A stretch of DNA of 64,000 nt from Limisphaerales bacterium. GTDB taxonomy: Bacteria; Verrucomicrobiota; Verrucomicrobiia; Limisphaerales; JAYPXF01. Under the pieces are notes generated by a model. It did not search any database, was not told where the DNA came from, and was given only the letters and a program-made list of their open reading frames with translations. Both the position numbers and the translations under genes were made by a program. This document shows, one piece after another, positions 19,006-27,769 of this stretch (positions are counted from its first letter, which is position 1; each line of letters starts with the position of its first letter). The DNA lies in NCBI GenBank assembly GCA_047608975.1, contig JBLFYM010000002.1, positions 7,189 to 71,188 on the forward strand. The letters are read 5' to 3'.

Positions 19006-20023
19006 GATGACACTTCGCAGGCGAATCGGCTTTCGCGCGGCAGCGGTATTGCTCCCGATCCTCGGGCTTACCCTGTTGGCTGAAGTGGTTCTGAAAACAT
19101 GGTTTCCAAATGATCGCGCCGATTCCGCGCAGGTGTATCGGTATGACGAAGTATTGGGCGTCTGTCCCAAGGTAAACTTGCGCTTTTCGGATTCTACCGA
19201 TCACTACCGGGAGATGTTTAGCAATGCGAAGGGGACAATGAATCTTCGTGAATCCTTCGCCGACTACGAGCATCTGGTATTTGCGATCGGGGACTCTTAC
19301 ACCCAAGGCACTGGGGTCGGCTTCGATACCTCGTATCCGTTCCAGTTGGACCTGAGGCTGAACCTCGACACCAACGGCTATCGCAAACATTACGGCGTGG
19401 TCAATCTCGGCTTGGCGGCCTATGGCACCCGCCAAGCCGTCCTGACGGCGAAGAGATTTGCCGGGGACATGGGCGATCCCGATTACCTGCTCTATTTAGC
19501 CGCTCCCAATGACGTGGCAGACGATCGTCTGTTCAGCAGCGGCTATCGCCATCGTCACCGCGTCGAAGGCAACCCAAACCACCTGATCCCGGCCAGTTGG
19601 GTGCATTGGATCTCGAAAACGGAACTGGGCTTCCGGTTGAAACGCGTCATCTTCACTCTGCGAATTCAGTCCGCGAAGGCACCCACCGGAAACGATCAAA
19701 CACCGGAGTTGGCCAGCCCAAGCTGGGCCGAACTACAGTCGGAACATTTGAGTGAACTGAAGCGTTTGGCAGGTGAACTGGACGCGATGCTGATTGTGGG
19801 CTTTGCTGCTACCGGATCGGACTACGATTCACTGCGCCGCTGGGCGCTTGAGGAAAATGTTCGGTTTGCTGATTGGCTGCCAAGAGTCGAATCGGTGCTG
19901 GCTGAAAATCCGGAACTGCCGATCCGCAACACCCATTCCGGCGGCCATTTTCGTCCCTGGGTTTACCGCCAGATGGCGGAGGCCTTCGCCCGTTCGATCG
20001 AGAGCCTTGGGTTGGAACCCTGA
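18995..20023 (+). CDS. Membrane-anchored SGNH/GDSL hydrolase/acyltransferase-like protein
   Basis: N-terminal TM anchor, IGDSYTQG, VNLGLAAYG, APND, C-terminal GGHF; probable start 18995 or 19007. Confidence 0.78.
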   Translation: MIPKMTLRRRIGFRAAAVLLPILGLTLLAEVVLKTWFPNDRADSAQVYRYDEVLGVCPKVNLRFSDSTDHYREMFSNAKGTMNLRESFADYEHLVFAIGDSYTQGTGVGFDTSYPFQLDLRLNLDTNGYRKHYGVVNLGLAAYGTRQAVLTAKRFAGDMGDPDYLLYLAAPNDVADDRLFSSGYRHRHRVEGNPNHLIPASWVHWISKTELGFRLKRVIFTLRIQSAKAPTGNDQTPELASPSWAELQSEHLSELKRLAGELDAMLIVGFAATGSDYDSLRRWALEENVRFADWLPRVESVLAENPELPIRNTHSGGHFRPWVYRQMAEAFARSIESLGLEP

Positions 20024-20298
20024 GCGATTGAGCATCCGTTTGACCAACCACCAACCTATCCGTTGGCAAAGGACACGATCAGAAGAAATCCAAAAACTGC
20101 AGGCCGTACCTGCCCAAGTTTTGGATCCGTCTGGAACGCCTCGGGACGGAGGTGCGCCTTCAGTTAGGGTACGTCATCCAACGTGCCCGCGCCGTGGAAT
20201 CACCGCACCTCTACTGTGGATTTGGCGACGCTTCGGGCAGGAGGCTTTGTCGTGACCACCGTCCGGACGAGGGATTGAGACGTTTCGCAGGGCTGAAT

Positions 20299-21741
20299 TC
20301 AGCGGGGAGATGCCGGAATCGTCGTCTGCGTTTCGAAACTATCAAGACCGAGCAATTTGCTGTCAGTGGAATTGGTTCCTTCGATGACCGGCATGGGACG
20401 AAAATCCAACCATTCGTTCACCGGGATCTTGCCTTCTGGCGGATAGTAAATATGACCGGAGCTTATCAAGGAACCCAGCCAGAGTTCCGATTTCCGGGCG
20501 ATAAGGCCATCGACGATGTGAAGATCGTAGACCATGCCGAAGCGGGCCTGCGGGTGTTCAACCTTTCTGCCATCGACGACTCCGGTGTATATGTAAACCA
20601 CACCCTTGGTATTCCCCGTTTCGATCCGCACGGACTCCAACGGCACATCCGCTTTCCAAGACTGTCCCTTTTCCACCGGTGTAAATCGAAAGACGTTTTC
20701 CGCGGAATCCAACGAATCCCCCGGGTTCAGCCATTGGGTCGACAAGAAGACTCTACCCATGACGCGATCTGAGAAGAGGATCGGGCTCGCACCCTTCGCC
20801 TTTTCGATGCGACATCGGAGTTTCACCCCTCGCGCCGGCAACGCATTCATCCATTCCATCCGATTGCCGTCGGCATCGACCAGAGACACGTCGAGAGTCG
20901 CTGTCAGGTAGAAACCTCCGTTGAACAAGGCCGGGGAGCGTTCATCATTTCCACGGAAATACACGCCTCCCAATCTGGCCGGATGCATGGGGCGCGGTGG
21001 TAGCGGAGCGCTTTTTCCGCGAATGAATCGCTCAAGGTTCGTCTCTTCACGCAATCGTTCCCGGTGCTTGGCTGAATACGTGGCTTGCAGATGCCCAATG
21101 GACACATGATGATAAATGCCAATTCCCATGAGCGCGAAGAGGGCCGTAACAAGAGCGTAGTGGGACAAATTCAGAGCTAGGGCCCGGGTCATCAGTTTGC
21201 CGCCGGGCTCCGTGGGATTCCCCCTACGATGTTCGATCACAAGAATGGCAAAGAGGAAGAGCAGATAAGTGTGAACCAACCATCCAGTGCTCAGGTAGAA
21301 CCGGTTCCATCGATCAACAAGCTGACCCACGATAGGCTGCAGGTGATTCGGATTCAGCACCTTTTCCTGTGACCAGGGAGCCCCGGCCGCCAACCAGGTC
21401 TTGAGATGGGCTATCTGAGCAATTGTAAGGGGTTCGGCATCACGAGGCATTCTGTGATCCGGATCTTCTGAGATGATTCGTTGATAGAGTTCGCTCTCCT
21501 CAACTGAGGAAGACAGAATCGGAAATCCGTTTCCGCTTCGGCGCCGTGTAAACCGTTCCTCATCGATCCTGAAATTGCCAAGCTGTCGTTCCTTGCCATG
21601 GCACGAGATACAGTGCGCTTCGAAAACCGGAAAAACATGAGTCTCGAAATCCGTCGCCGATTCTCCGGTTACTGCGAATGCGAGCAATATCAACATCACA
21701 GTGGTGACAATGTAACGGCTGAGTTCCTGTCGCTGTTTCAT
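20299..21741 (-). CDS. Planctomycete-type cytochrome c (PSCyt1) domain membrane protein
   Basis: Signal peptide, DFETHVFPVFEAHCISCHG..SELYQRI..RMP..LKTWLAAGA, two TM helices, soluble C-terminal domain; probable start MKQRQ at 21741. Confidence 0.75.
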   Translation of the reverse strand: MKQRQELSRYIVTTVMLILLAFAVTGESATDFETHVFPVFEAHCISCHGKERQLGNFRIDEERFTRRRSGNGFPILSSSVEESELYQRIISEDPDHRMPRDAEPLTIAQIAHLKTWLAAGAPWSQEKVLNPNHLQPIVGQLVDRWNRFYLSTGWLVHTYLLFLFAILVIEHRRGNPTEPGGKLMTRALALNLSHYALVTALFALMGIGIYHHVSIGHLQATYSAKHRERLREETNLERFIRGKSAPLPPRPMHPARLGGVYFRGNDERSPALFNGGFYLTATLDVSLVDADGNRMEWMNALPARGVKLRCRIEKAKGASPILFSDRVMGRVFLSTQWLNPGDSLDSAENVFRFTPVEKGQSWKADVPLESVRIETGNTKGVVYIYTGVVDGRKVEHPQARFGMVYDLHIVDGLIARKSELWLGSLISSGHIYYPPEGKIPVNEWLDFRPMPVIEGTNSTDSKLLGLDSFETQTTIPASPR

Positions 21742-22021
21742 GGTTTTGCGTATCGCCGTTCTCTCGACATTACGATCCCAGAGAATGTATCGGAGCCGTT
21801 GCCCTCCACAGGAAATTGGCAGAGCAGCAGATGGAAACCTGTCGGCATAGAAAGAAAGCAAGCTTAGTCGAAGGCGATATCATGCGGGCAACGAATAATA
21901 ACTGCAACTTGGTGGCTGCGGCTACTTTGATTCCTGAGCGAACGTACCCCAGATGCTGCCGAGTTCTGAACTCACAACATTCTGATCGTGTCCTGAAAGG
22001 AGATCTCGTAGCCTGATAGAG

Positions 22022-22528
22022 ATGAACCGAGCAGACGGTGTGATTGTCATTCTGCTGGTCTGGCAGTTGCTGATTCTGCTGGTCCAGTTCCCCCTCCCGC
22101 CGATCAGAAAACTGATCAATCGCTTCCCTCTGAATTTGTTTCCCCGGTGGTCGGTTTTTTTGGGACCGCAGACTCACCTGCGACTTTCTTATCGGGAGAA
22201 GAACACCACGGGACAGATTGGCGAATGGATACAAATCTCATCCTCGGCACCTCGCCATTGGTGGTCATTTTTCTGCAATCCCGCCTGGTATAGTGATTTT
22301 GGTTTCCGGTGTCTGATGCTTCAACTGTTGAGGAGGTATGAAGGCTACTCAAAATTCGACGGAGCGATTGACGAACTTATGTGGTTTCAGGCATTGAAGA
22401 ATTGTGTTGCTCAGCAAACGGATGGGATGCGGACCTCGGAGTTCCAGTTCAGGATTCATAGGGACTTCGGATATTTCGATGGACGGGAACCCATGGAAGC
22501 ATTTCGATCAGGATACCTGCGGCGATGA
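22022..22528 (+). CDS. Membrane-anchored protein resembling the linaridin LinL/CypL (SdpA-like) family
   Basis: N-terminal TM, FPRWSVF.P, L.YR....G..GEW, R.WW..NP, FQFRI, FRS near the C-terminus; matches my recollection of the LinL pattern, with diverged motifs. Confidence 0.55.
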   Translation: MNRADGVIVILLVWQLLILLVQFPLPPIRKLINRFPLNLFPRWSVFLGPQTHLRLSYREKNTTGQIGEWIQISSSAPRHWWSFFCNPAWYSDFGFRCLMLQLLRRYEGYSKFDGAIDELMWFQALKNCVAQQTDGMRTSEFQFRIHRDFGYFDGREPMEAFRSGYLRR

Positions 22529-23352
22529 TGGCCCAGATGCTGGAAGATCCATTCGTTTGCCTGGAGTGGATCACGCGTCTGCACGGCTTCGGGGTGGTGT
22601 TGATAACCTTCGAGCGCCTGGCCCACTGGCGGGAGTATGCAGAGGCAGGGCGACGGTCTTGGTCGGTGGCTTCTGCCGGGCGCAAGAGGCTTCCGAAGAT
22701 CCCCGGTGTGAGCTGGTTGTTCGGGTTCCCCATTTTCCCTTATCTGCTGCTGATCCGCACTTTGGCGGGAGCGACTTTGATGTTCACGGTCCATCGATCT
22801 CCAGCGAGTGTGATCGCGGTCGTGGTCATTTGCGTGACCATGATCGCCATGGATCTCAGGGAATCATGGTTTGTGGACAGCATATCCAGTCGGCTGCAGG
22901 CGATGATTTCCACGGTCCTGTGTTTGCAATTGCTGGCGGTGGATTCTCACCGGGTCGCGGTGGGAGTGGTGAGCTTCATCGCTGTGAACACCTCGCTCAG
23001 TTACCTGTTGTCAGCAATTAGCAAGTTGAGCGATGTGGATTGGCGCAACGGATCGAAGGTGTATCATGTCCTTCAGGGTCGGTTTCACGGTTCTGAAGGG
23101 CTTGCTGGTTATCTCAGTGGTCGAAGTTTTTTAACCCGTGTCATGACATGGGGAGTTTTGGGATTCGAGTTCGTATTTCCGCTGGTGCTGTTTCTTGATT
23201 GGCCCGCTTGTATGCCTCTCTTGGTTGGAGGACTGTCGTTCCATCTGATGAACAGATTGCTGCTGGGAATCCCCGGATTTACTTTGGTTTACCTTAGCGC
23301 GTATCCCGCGATCGTTTATGTCAGTCGCCTGCTCGCCTCAAGCTGGAGATGA
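22525..23352 (+). CDS. HTTM-like multi-pass membrane protein resembling linaridin LinG / CypH N-terminal domain (SdpB-like)
   Basis: ERL...G..SW, Y..SAISKL...WRNG, FEFVFP, FHLMN..LLG...F...YPAI.Y; about 7 TM helices; ATGA overlap with the previous gene. Confidence 0.65.
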   Translation: MMAQMLEDPFVCLEWITRLHGFGVVLITFERLAHWREYAEAGRRSWSVASAGRKRLPKIPGVSWLFGFPIFPYLLLIRTLAGATLMFTVHRSPASVIAVVVICVTMIAMDLRESWFVDSISSRLQAMISTVLCLQLLAVDSHRVAVGVVSFIAVNTSLSYLLSAISKLSDVDWRNGSKVYHVLQGRFHGSEGLAGYLSGRSFLTRVMTWGVLGFEFVFPLVLFLDWPACMPLLVGGLSFHLMNRLLLGIPGFTLVYLSAYPAIVYVSRLLASSWR

Positions 23353-23370
23353 ATACGGTTACCAGTGTAC

Positions 23371-23405
23371 AAAAAAAGGCGACTGCTTATTGCAGTCGCC
23401 CTTTT
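23371..23405. terminator. Bidirectional intrinsic terminator
   Basis: AAAAAAA-GGCGACTGC-TTATT-GCAGTCGCC-CTTTT between the convergent HTTM gene and the lasso precursor. Confidence 0.85.
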
Positions 23406-23422
23406 GAATTATTGGAAATTAA

Positions 23423-23563
23423 CTAGGAAGCGCTAGTATTTGCCGCACCGCCATCACCGCCTGCCGTCGCGTTCATCTGGGTGATCTCTGAAACAACAGC
23501 GGAGTTCCATTCAGGGTCGGTCCAAACTTTCTTTTCTGACGTATCCGTCTCAATTTCTTGCAT
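23423..23563 (-). CDS. Lasso peptide precursor (A), 46 aa: MQEIETDTSEKKVWTDPEWNSAVVSEITQ-MNATAGGDGGAANTSAS
   Basis: ATG at 23563; leader WxxP motif (WTDP), Thr at -2, Asp at core position 8, C-terminal Ser; directly downstream of the cyclase and followed by a terminator. Confidence 0.85.
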   Translation of the reverse strand: MQEIETDTSEKKVWTDPEWNSAVVSEITQMNATAGGDGGAANTSAS

Positions 23564-23601
23564 GCGCGCATTTTTAATCGCAAAACATGCTTCCGTCAAG
23601 C

Positions 23602-23633
23602 TTTTGTCGACGGAAGTTTTTGTCGACGGAAGT
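23602..23633. repeat. Perfect 16-bp tandem duplication upstream of the precursor
   Basis: TTTTGTCGACGGAAGT x2; an inverted partial copy CTTCCGTC lies at 23590-23597. Confidence 0.85.
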
Positions 23634-23673
23634 TTGTGCGGAGCGGTTCGTTCCCATATTCGGCCGATGCACT

Positions 23674-25593
23674 TCAAATCCCACCGTATTGTCGGAGGAA
23701 TGAAATCAGGTAGACCGCGCGCGGCACCATCTGAAGACCGGCGAGGTTTTCTCGATTACTGCCTCGATTTCCAGTCATTGAGAGGTTGGCAAGTTCCCTA
23801 AGCTTCCCGATATCGATAACGTCGTGAATCGGATCGGTCTTCGAAATTGCCGCCAATTCCGATCTTACCGAGGGGATCTGTTTGTTGTACTTAACATGGT
23901 AGTCGGGTGAGAAGGGCTCCTTGGTCGTCCGCTGACGAATTTTTTCAGGCAGAAGCCCTCTCATCGACTGCCGAAGCAGATTTCGAGAGTATCCGTTGTT
24001 GAGTTTGTGTTCGAGCGGAGCCTGTAAAGCAAAATCGAGAATGTTCTTTTCCCAAAAGGGGTAAGTAATCGAGACGGACTCATAGTTTACGAAGTGGTTT
24101 CGCGGGCGAGAGAATCGAAGTTTATTGACCGTATTTAAGACCGCTTGCCGGTGTCTGGTCTGCGGAACTTGATTGATTAATAATTCGCGCTGCATTTCTG
24201 CCAACGGTTTCTCTCCATGCCGCTGCACGAAATCATCTCGAAGAAGCCGAGCCGCAAACAGTGGGCTATGTCCCAGCCCGCGGGCAGAATCCAGCGACGC
24301 GGTGACGAAGCCCGGCAGCAGTGGGCGTATGATCCGGCGCTTGATCAACGACCAAACCGCGGTTGATTCCGTTTTTGAGAGGGATCTGAGCTCGCGAAAA
24401 AGCCTGCCCCATTTCCCCGTCAGGAACCAATCATAGAGCACCTCAGTGCCGTGTGTACTGGGACCGAACTCTGCATATGCCCCATCCAGTATGACGCGTG
24501 CGCCCAGATTTCGACTCTGATCGGCAAATTCTGAATAAAGATAGTGGCGGGTGGTGGACTGCGGTTCTTCGCTGCCCCAGACCATGCGATCGATGTTGTC
24601 GAAAGGCCCGCGCGCATCGGCAAACGCAAAGTGTTGCTCGATGTCCGGCCGGTTGGCGAACTCCCGGATGAATTCCATTTCGTCGACTGCCCCTGATCGA
24701 TCATCTGGACGCAGAGCCACCGAGAGTGTCTTGAGTTTGTCACCGGGGTTCTGCATTGCTGCCGCGCAGCCTACAATGGCTGACGAATCCAACCCTCCGC
24801 TGAGGAGTGCAACGCACGGTTCAGTTGCTCGCATGCATCGTTTTACCGACCGGAGGATTTTGTCCCGCATTTCCTCCATGCAGTCAGCAGCGTTCATGGG
24901 TGATCCGCTAGGTGCAGTGAAATCCCAATAAGTTCGAGTGTGCTGCGAGTTGGAACTTACCGTGAGAACGCTGGCTGCGGGCATAAAGAAGACGTCCTTG
25001 AAGTAACTATCAGCGCCTCGTTCAAGCTGAGAGCCAGGGCTGATCAATCCCGCAATCATGGAGAGATCCAGTTCAAGGGAAATCCCCGGTAGTGCCCGGA
25101 TGGCTTTCGCTTCGGAGCTGAAGGCGAATAGTCCGCCGCGGTTGATGAAATGAAAACTCCGGGTGGCCAAATGGTCAGTGACGCAGAACAACTTGCGCTG
25201 CTCGGAATCCCACACGACAACCGCGAACTCTCCTTCAAGATGTTCGGGGGTGCCTTCGTCCCATTTTTGCCAGGCTTGCAAAATAAACCAGGCGTCGGGC
25301 CGGCCCCGAAGGTCTGATGGTTCGAGGCAGAGTGCCTGCGCCAGTTCGGGGCGATTGTCGATGCGGGCATCGGCGACGAGTAGGAAGCGGCCGTCAACGG
25401 ACGCGAGGGGTTGACTCGAATCCAGATCTTCAGGTGTGACCCAAAGCGATGCACAGCCGATCCCAATAGGACCGTTAGTCAGGCAATTGCTGCCGTGAAT
25501 CGCCCGGTGCGCAAGGGCAGAGCGCATCGCTTCAAGAGCTTCCCGGTCGGCAGGTGCCCCCGAGGTGTTAAAAAATCCGAATATTGCGCTCAA
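23674..25593 (-). CDS. Lasso peptide cyclase (C; asparagine synthetase-like macrolactam synthetase)
   Basis: N-terminus MSAIFG lacks the Ntn Cys1; DARIDNR, LEGEFA, LLSGGLDSS PP-loop, YPF, R.LLR.SM.GLLP..IR.R..K; adjacent to PqqD-like and precursor genes. Confidence 0.9.
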   Translation of the reverse strand: MSAIFGFFNTSGAPADREALEAMRSALAHRAIHGSNCLTNGPIGIGCASLWVTPEDLDSSQPLASVDGRFLLVADARIDNRPELAQALCLEPSDLRGRPDAWFILQAWQKWDEGTPEHLEGEFAVVVWDSEQRKLFCVTDHLATRSFHFINRGGLFAFSSEAKAIRALPGISLELDLSMIAGLISPGSQLERGADSYFKDVFFMPAASVLTVSSNSQHTRTYWDFTAPSGSPMNAADCMEEMRDKILRSVKRCMRATEPCVALLSGGLDSSAIVGCAAAMQNPGDKLKTLSVALRPDDRSGAVDEMEFIREFANRPDIEQHFAFADARGPFDNIDRMVWGSEEPQSTTRHYLYSEFADQSRNLGARVILDGAYAEFGPSTHGTEVLYDWFLTGKWGRLFRELRSLSKTESTAVWSLIKRRIIRPLLPGFVTASLDSARGLGHSPLFAARLLRDDFVQRHGEKPLAEMQRELLINQVPQTRHRQAVLNTVNKLRFSRPRNHFVNYESVSITYPFWEKNILDFALQAPLEHKLNNGYSRNLLRQSMRGLLPEKIRQRTTKEPFSPDYHVKYNKQIPSVRSELAAISKTDPIHDVIDIGKLRELANLSMTGNRGSNRENLAGLQMVPRAVYLISFLRQYGGI

Positions 25594-25638
25594 TTTGGGT
25601 TCACCAGAATCGGTTGTATTTCTGAAAGGAGGACATCC

Positions 25639-25938
25639 TTATCTCGGTTCGTTCCGGACGATGATTCCCTCCGCCGCCCACTCCCCAAATATGCGGCGTA
25701 CAGATTCCAAACATTCCGCTGGCGTGATTTCGTATTCGGAAGCCAGTTGCCGGCTGATCTCCTCGGCCGAGCAAGGGTGTTCCAGTAGTTTCCAAATCGC
25801 TGCGGCAGTGCCGTTCAAGTCGTAGTAGTTACCTTTTTCGACACTCATCAGGGCCAGATCCCCCTCCCCCAAGCCTGCCGCAATGAGGTCTTTTCTTCCA
25901 TATTGGATGTCCTGTCCGACGCCGTCTTTCTCGTCCAT
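25639..25938 (-). CDS. RiPP recognition element, PqqD-like (lasso B1)
   Basis: LMSVEKGNYYDLNGTAAAIWKLLEHP....I...L..EYEI....C...V. Confidence 0.9.
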   Translation of the reverse strand: MDEKDGVGQDIQYGRKDLIAAGLGEGDLALMSVEKGNYYDLNGTAAAIWKLLEHPCSAEEISRQLASEYEITPAECLESVRRIFGEWAAEGIIVRNEPR

Positions 25939-26030
25939 CTTGAGATGTTAGGTCAGGACGAATGTCGAATCGATCCTAAAACGAGCGATGCGGATGCTGG
26001 CCGCCAAATCTTCAGGTCACTTCCGAAACT

Positions 26031-26882
26031 TCAGATGTCGATTTCAGCAAGGTAACCGAACCGTGCCATCTCGTCCCGATTCCCTTCCACGATCGCGGCG
26101 ACCTGCTTGTGAGAGAGAAGTTTTTTCCACTGTCCCGTTTTGCCGGAACGAAAAAACGGTCTTCCAGAGGCCAGGGTCTGGTTGAATCCTTCATTGCGTT
26201 CCCGTGTGCGCAATTTATCGAAACTCGATTGCTCGATCGCCCATTGGAGACGCTTTTTGTCCTCTGGGAGGCCGATGAAACGAAGCACTTTTGAGAATTC
26301 TTTCTCTGGTCCGGACAGCATATCTTCATAGCGCAGAATCAGGACCGGGAATTCCGGCGAATCGACCCAGCTTCTGACGTGTGCGCCCCAACTGAGAAGC
26401 AGCTGGGGCAACTGCAGGGCGGTCCTGCGCCGCTGATCCGCCAGCGTGCGTTCCTCATCACCCATGCCCGAAATCGCCTCGTCGATCGAGGTCCCTAAGT
26501 GATGCGCCCATGAATGAGCCACGTCCAGCGGGTTTCGCAGCAGATAGATCGCCCCATGGGTGACGTTCGCCGGGATGAGGCGTTCACCGCCGGGGACGAG
26601 ATGATTCGCATCGTGAATCTTGAGGTAATGCGCATCCTGATTTCGCGTTCCAAGTTGGCGATACACCTTCGGTCGGAGATGCGCGATCTCATCCGGGTTC
26701 ATCTCGGAAGAGGATAGCCCAGTGACGTCATCGAAGATTCGCCGATAAGCCGCCATCGGCTCACCCAGCAAATCGTTGAGAGATTCAGGTGCTTCCCGGT
26801 AGTGCCGATGATAGGCGAGGAACGCGCGAAGCCACGTGTTTCCGGATTTTGGATACGAAGCCAACCACCAGATACCAGCCAT
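26031..26882 (-). CDS. PAPS-dependent sulfotransferase
   Basis: 5'-PSB motif LASYPKSGNTWLR, K.H, 3'-PB motif RNPLDVAHS, RYEDM, FFRSGKTGQWK. Confidence 0.92.
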   Translation of the reverse strand: MAGIWWLASYPKSGNTWLRAFLAYHRHYREAPESLNDLLGEPMAAYRRIFDDVTGLSSSEMNPDEIAHLRPKVYRQLGTRNQDAHYLKIHDANHLVPGGERLIPANVTHGAIYLLRNPLDVAHSWAHHLGTSIDEAISGMGDEERTLADQRRRTALQLPQLLLSWGAHVRSWVDSPEFPVLILRYEDMLSGPEKEFSKVLRFIGLPEDKKRLQWAIEQSSFDKLRTRERNEGFNQTLASGRPFFRSGKTGQWKKLLSHKQVAAIVEGNRDEMARFGYLAEIDI

Positions 26883-27769
26883 TACGCGTTGTCCCGTTCA
26901 ACCAATCGAACAATTTCATCCAATTGGAAGGGTTTGTAGGGGCGCGAAATCCGGCCGAACCTGACGTGTGGAAACAGTCCGGCGATTCCTCTGAAGCACG
27001 CTTCCTCGCATCCCATGGCTTCGGCGAATTGAAGGCGATAGATAAAATGAGGCAGTTCTCGGAAGGCAGTTCTCCCATCCATCTGGCATACGGTGACCTC
27101 GGGGACGTTGCCCGGTTGGAGAAAATACACCTGCCGGAGGGGGACGGATTCTCCGGACGCCGAGCCAATCGATACTCGATATTTCTCAACGGTCTGACGG
27201 ACACGATCGCTCTCCACTTTTTCCCTTTCGAGAGCCTCAAGGCTGTCGGGACGAAGATAAACGCTGGGATAGGTGGGACGGACTACCGGCCGGGTCTTGT
27301 CTGAATCGATCACAGTCTGATCATCGGCGAGTACTCGGTAGTCTCGCTGATGAAAGGCTGCTGCCAAGGTGGATTTCCCGGCGCCGCTGTGCCCGCAAAA
27401 AACTACTGCTCCCCGCTCCGTCGCGACTGCGCTCCCGTGCAATGCAAACAACCCCAACTGGTGGAACAGGGCTCCCATCACCGGTCTGAGAACGACAATG
27501 CGCAGGTCGTGGTCAGAAACACCCTCGTTCCGATCAATCGTCACCACCCCATCCGCGATCAAGATACGTGCCACCAGAGTGTTCAATTGAATGATCCCGG
27601 GCTTGCCCTCGTAGATGGGACCAGATCGAGTGGGGCGATCCAGTTTTTCCGGTACCGCGCCAAAGCGTATCAGCACGTCGGAAGTGCGAGAGCTGAGCGG
27701 GAGTTCCGGAAACTCCAGTTCCGATTCAATGACGATTTGATAGGCCTCGTAACGGTAATTTGCTGCCAT
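26882..27769 (-). CDS. HPr kinase-like lasso peptide kinase
   Basis: LHGSAV, Walker A GHSGAGKSTLA, LADD; N-terminal YEAY...IESE..FPEL as in lasso-associated kinases; TAATG coupling to the sulfotransferase. Confidence 0.85.
   Translation of the reverse strand: MAANYRYEAYQIVIESELEFPELPLSSRTSDVLIRFGAVPEKLDRPTRSGPIYEGKPGIIQLNTLVARILIADGVVTIDRNEGVSDHDLRIVVLRPVMGALFHQLGLFALHGSAVATERGAVVFCGHSGAGKSTLAAAFHQRDYRVLADDQTVIDSDKTRPVVRPTYPSVYLRPDSLEALEREKVESDRVRQTVEKYRVSIGSASGESVPLRQVYFLQPGNVPEVTVCQMDGRTAFRELPHFIYRLQFAEAMGCEEACFRGIAGLFPHVRFGRISRPYKPFQLDEIVRLVERDNA

Noticed and set aside
21882-22016. 44-aa ORF (MRATNNNCNLVAAAT...) as a linaridin precursor for the LinL/LinG-like pair
   Set aside because: The position is suggestive, but it is charged and Arg-rich, with no hydrophobic Thr/Ala/Val-rich core or recognisable leader motif.
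23564-23677. N-terminal 38-aa extension of the 84-aa ORF-track precursor
   Set aside because: It runs through the tandem-repeat spacer. The Met at 23563 gives a typical-length leader with WxxP near its start.
23674-25593. Housekeeping asparagine synthetase (asnB)
   Set aside because: It lacks the N-terminal catalytic Cys and is flanked by RRE, B2 and precursor genes.
26882-27769. PTS-regulatory HprK
   Set aside because: Only the P-loop/DD core resembles HprK, there are no PTS genes nearby, and the context is a lasso cluster.
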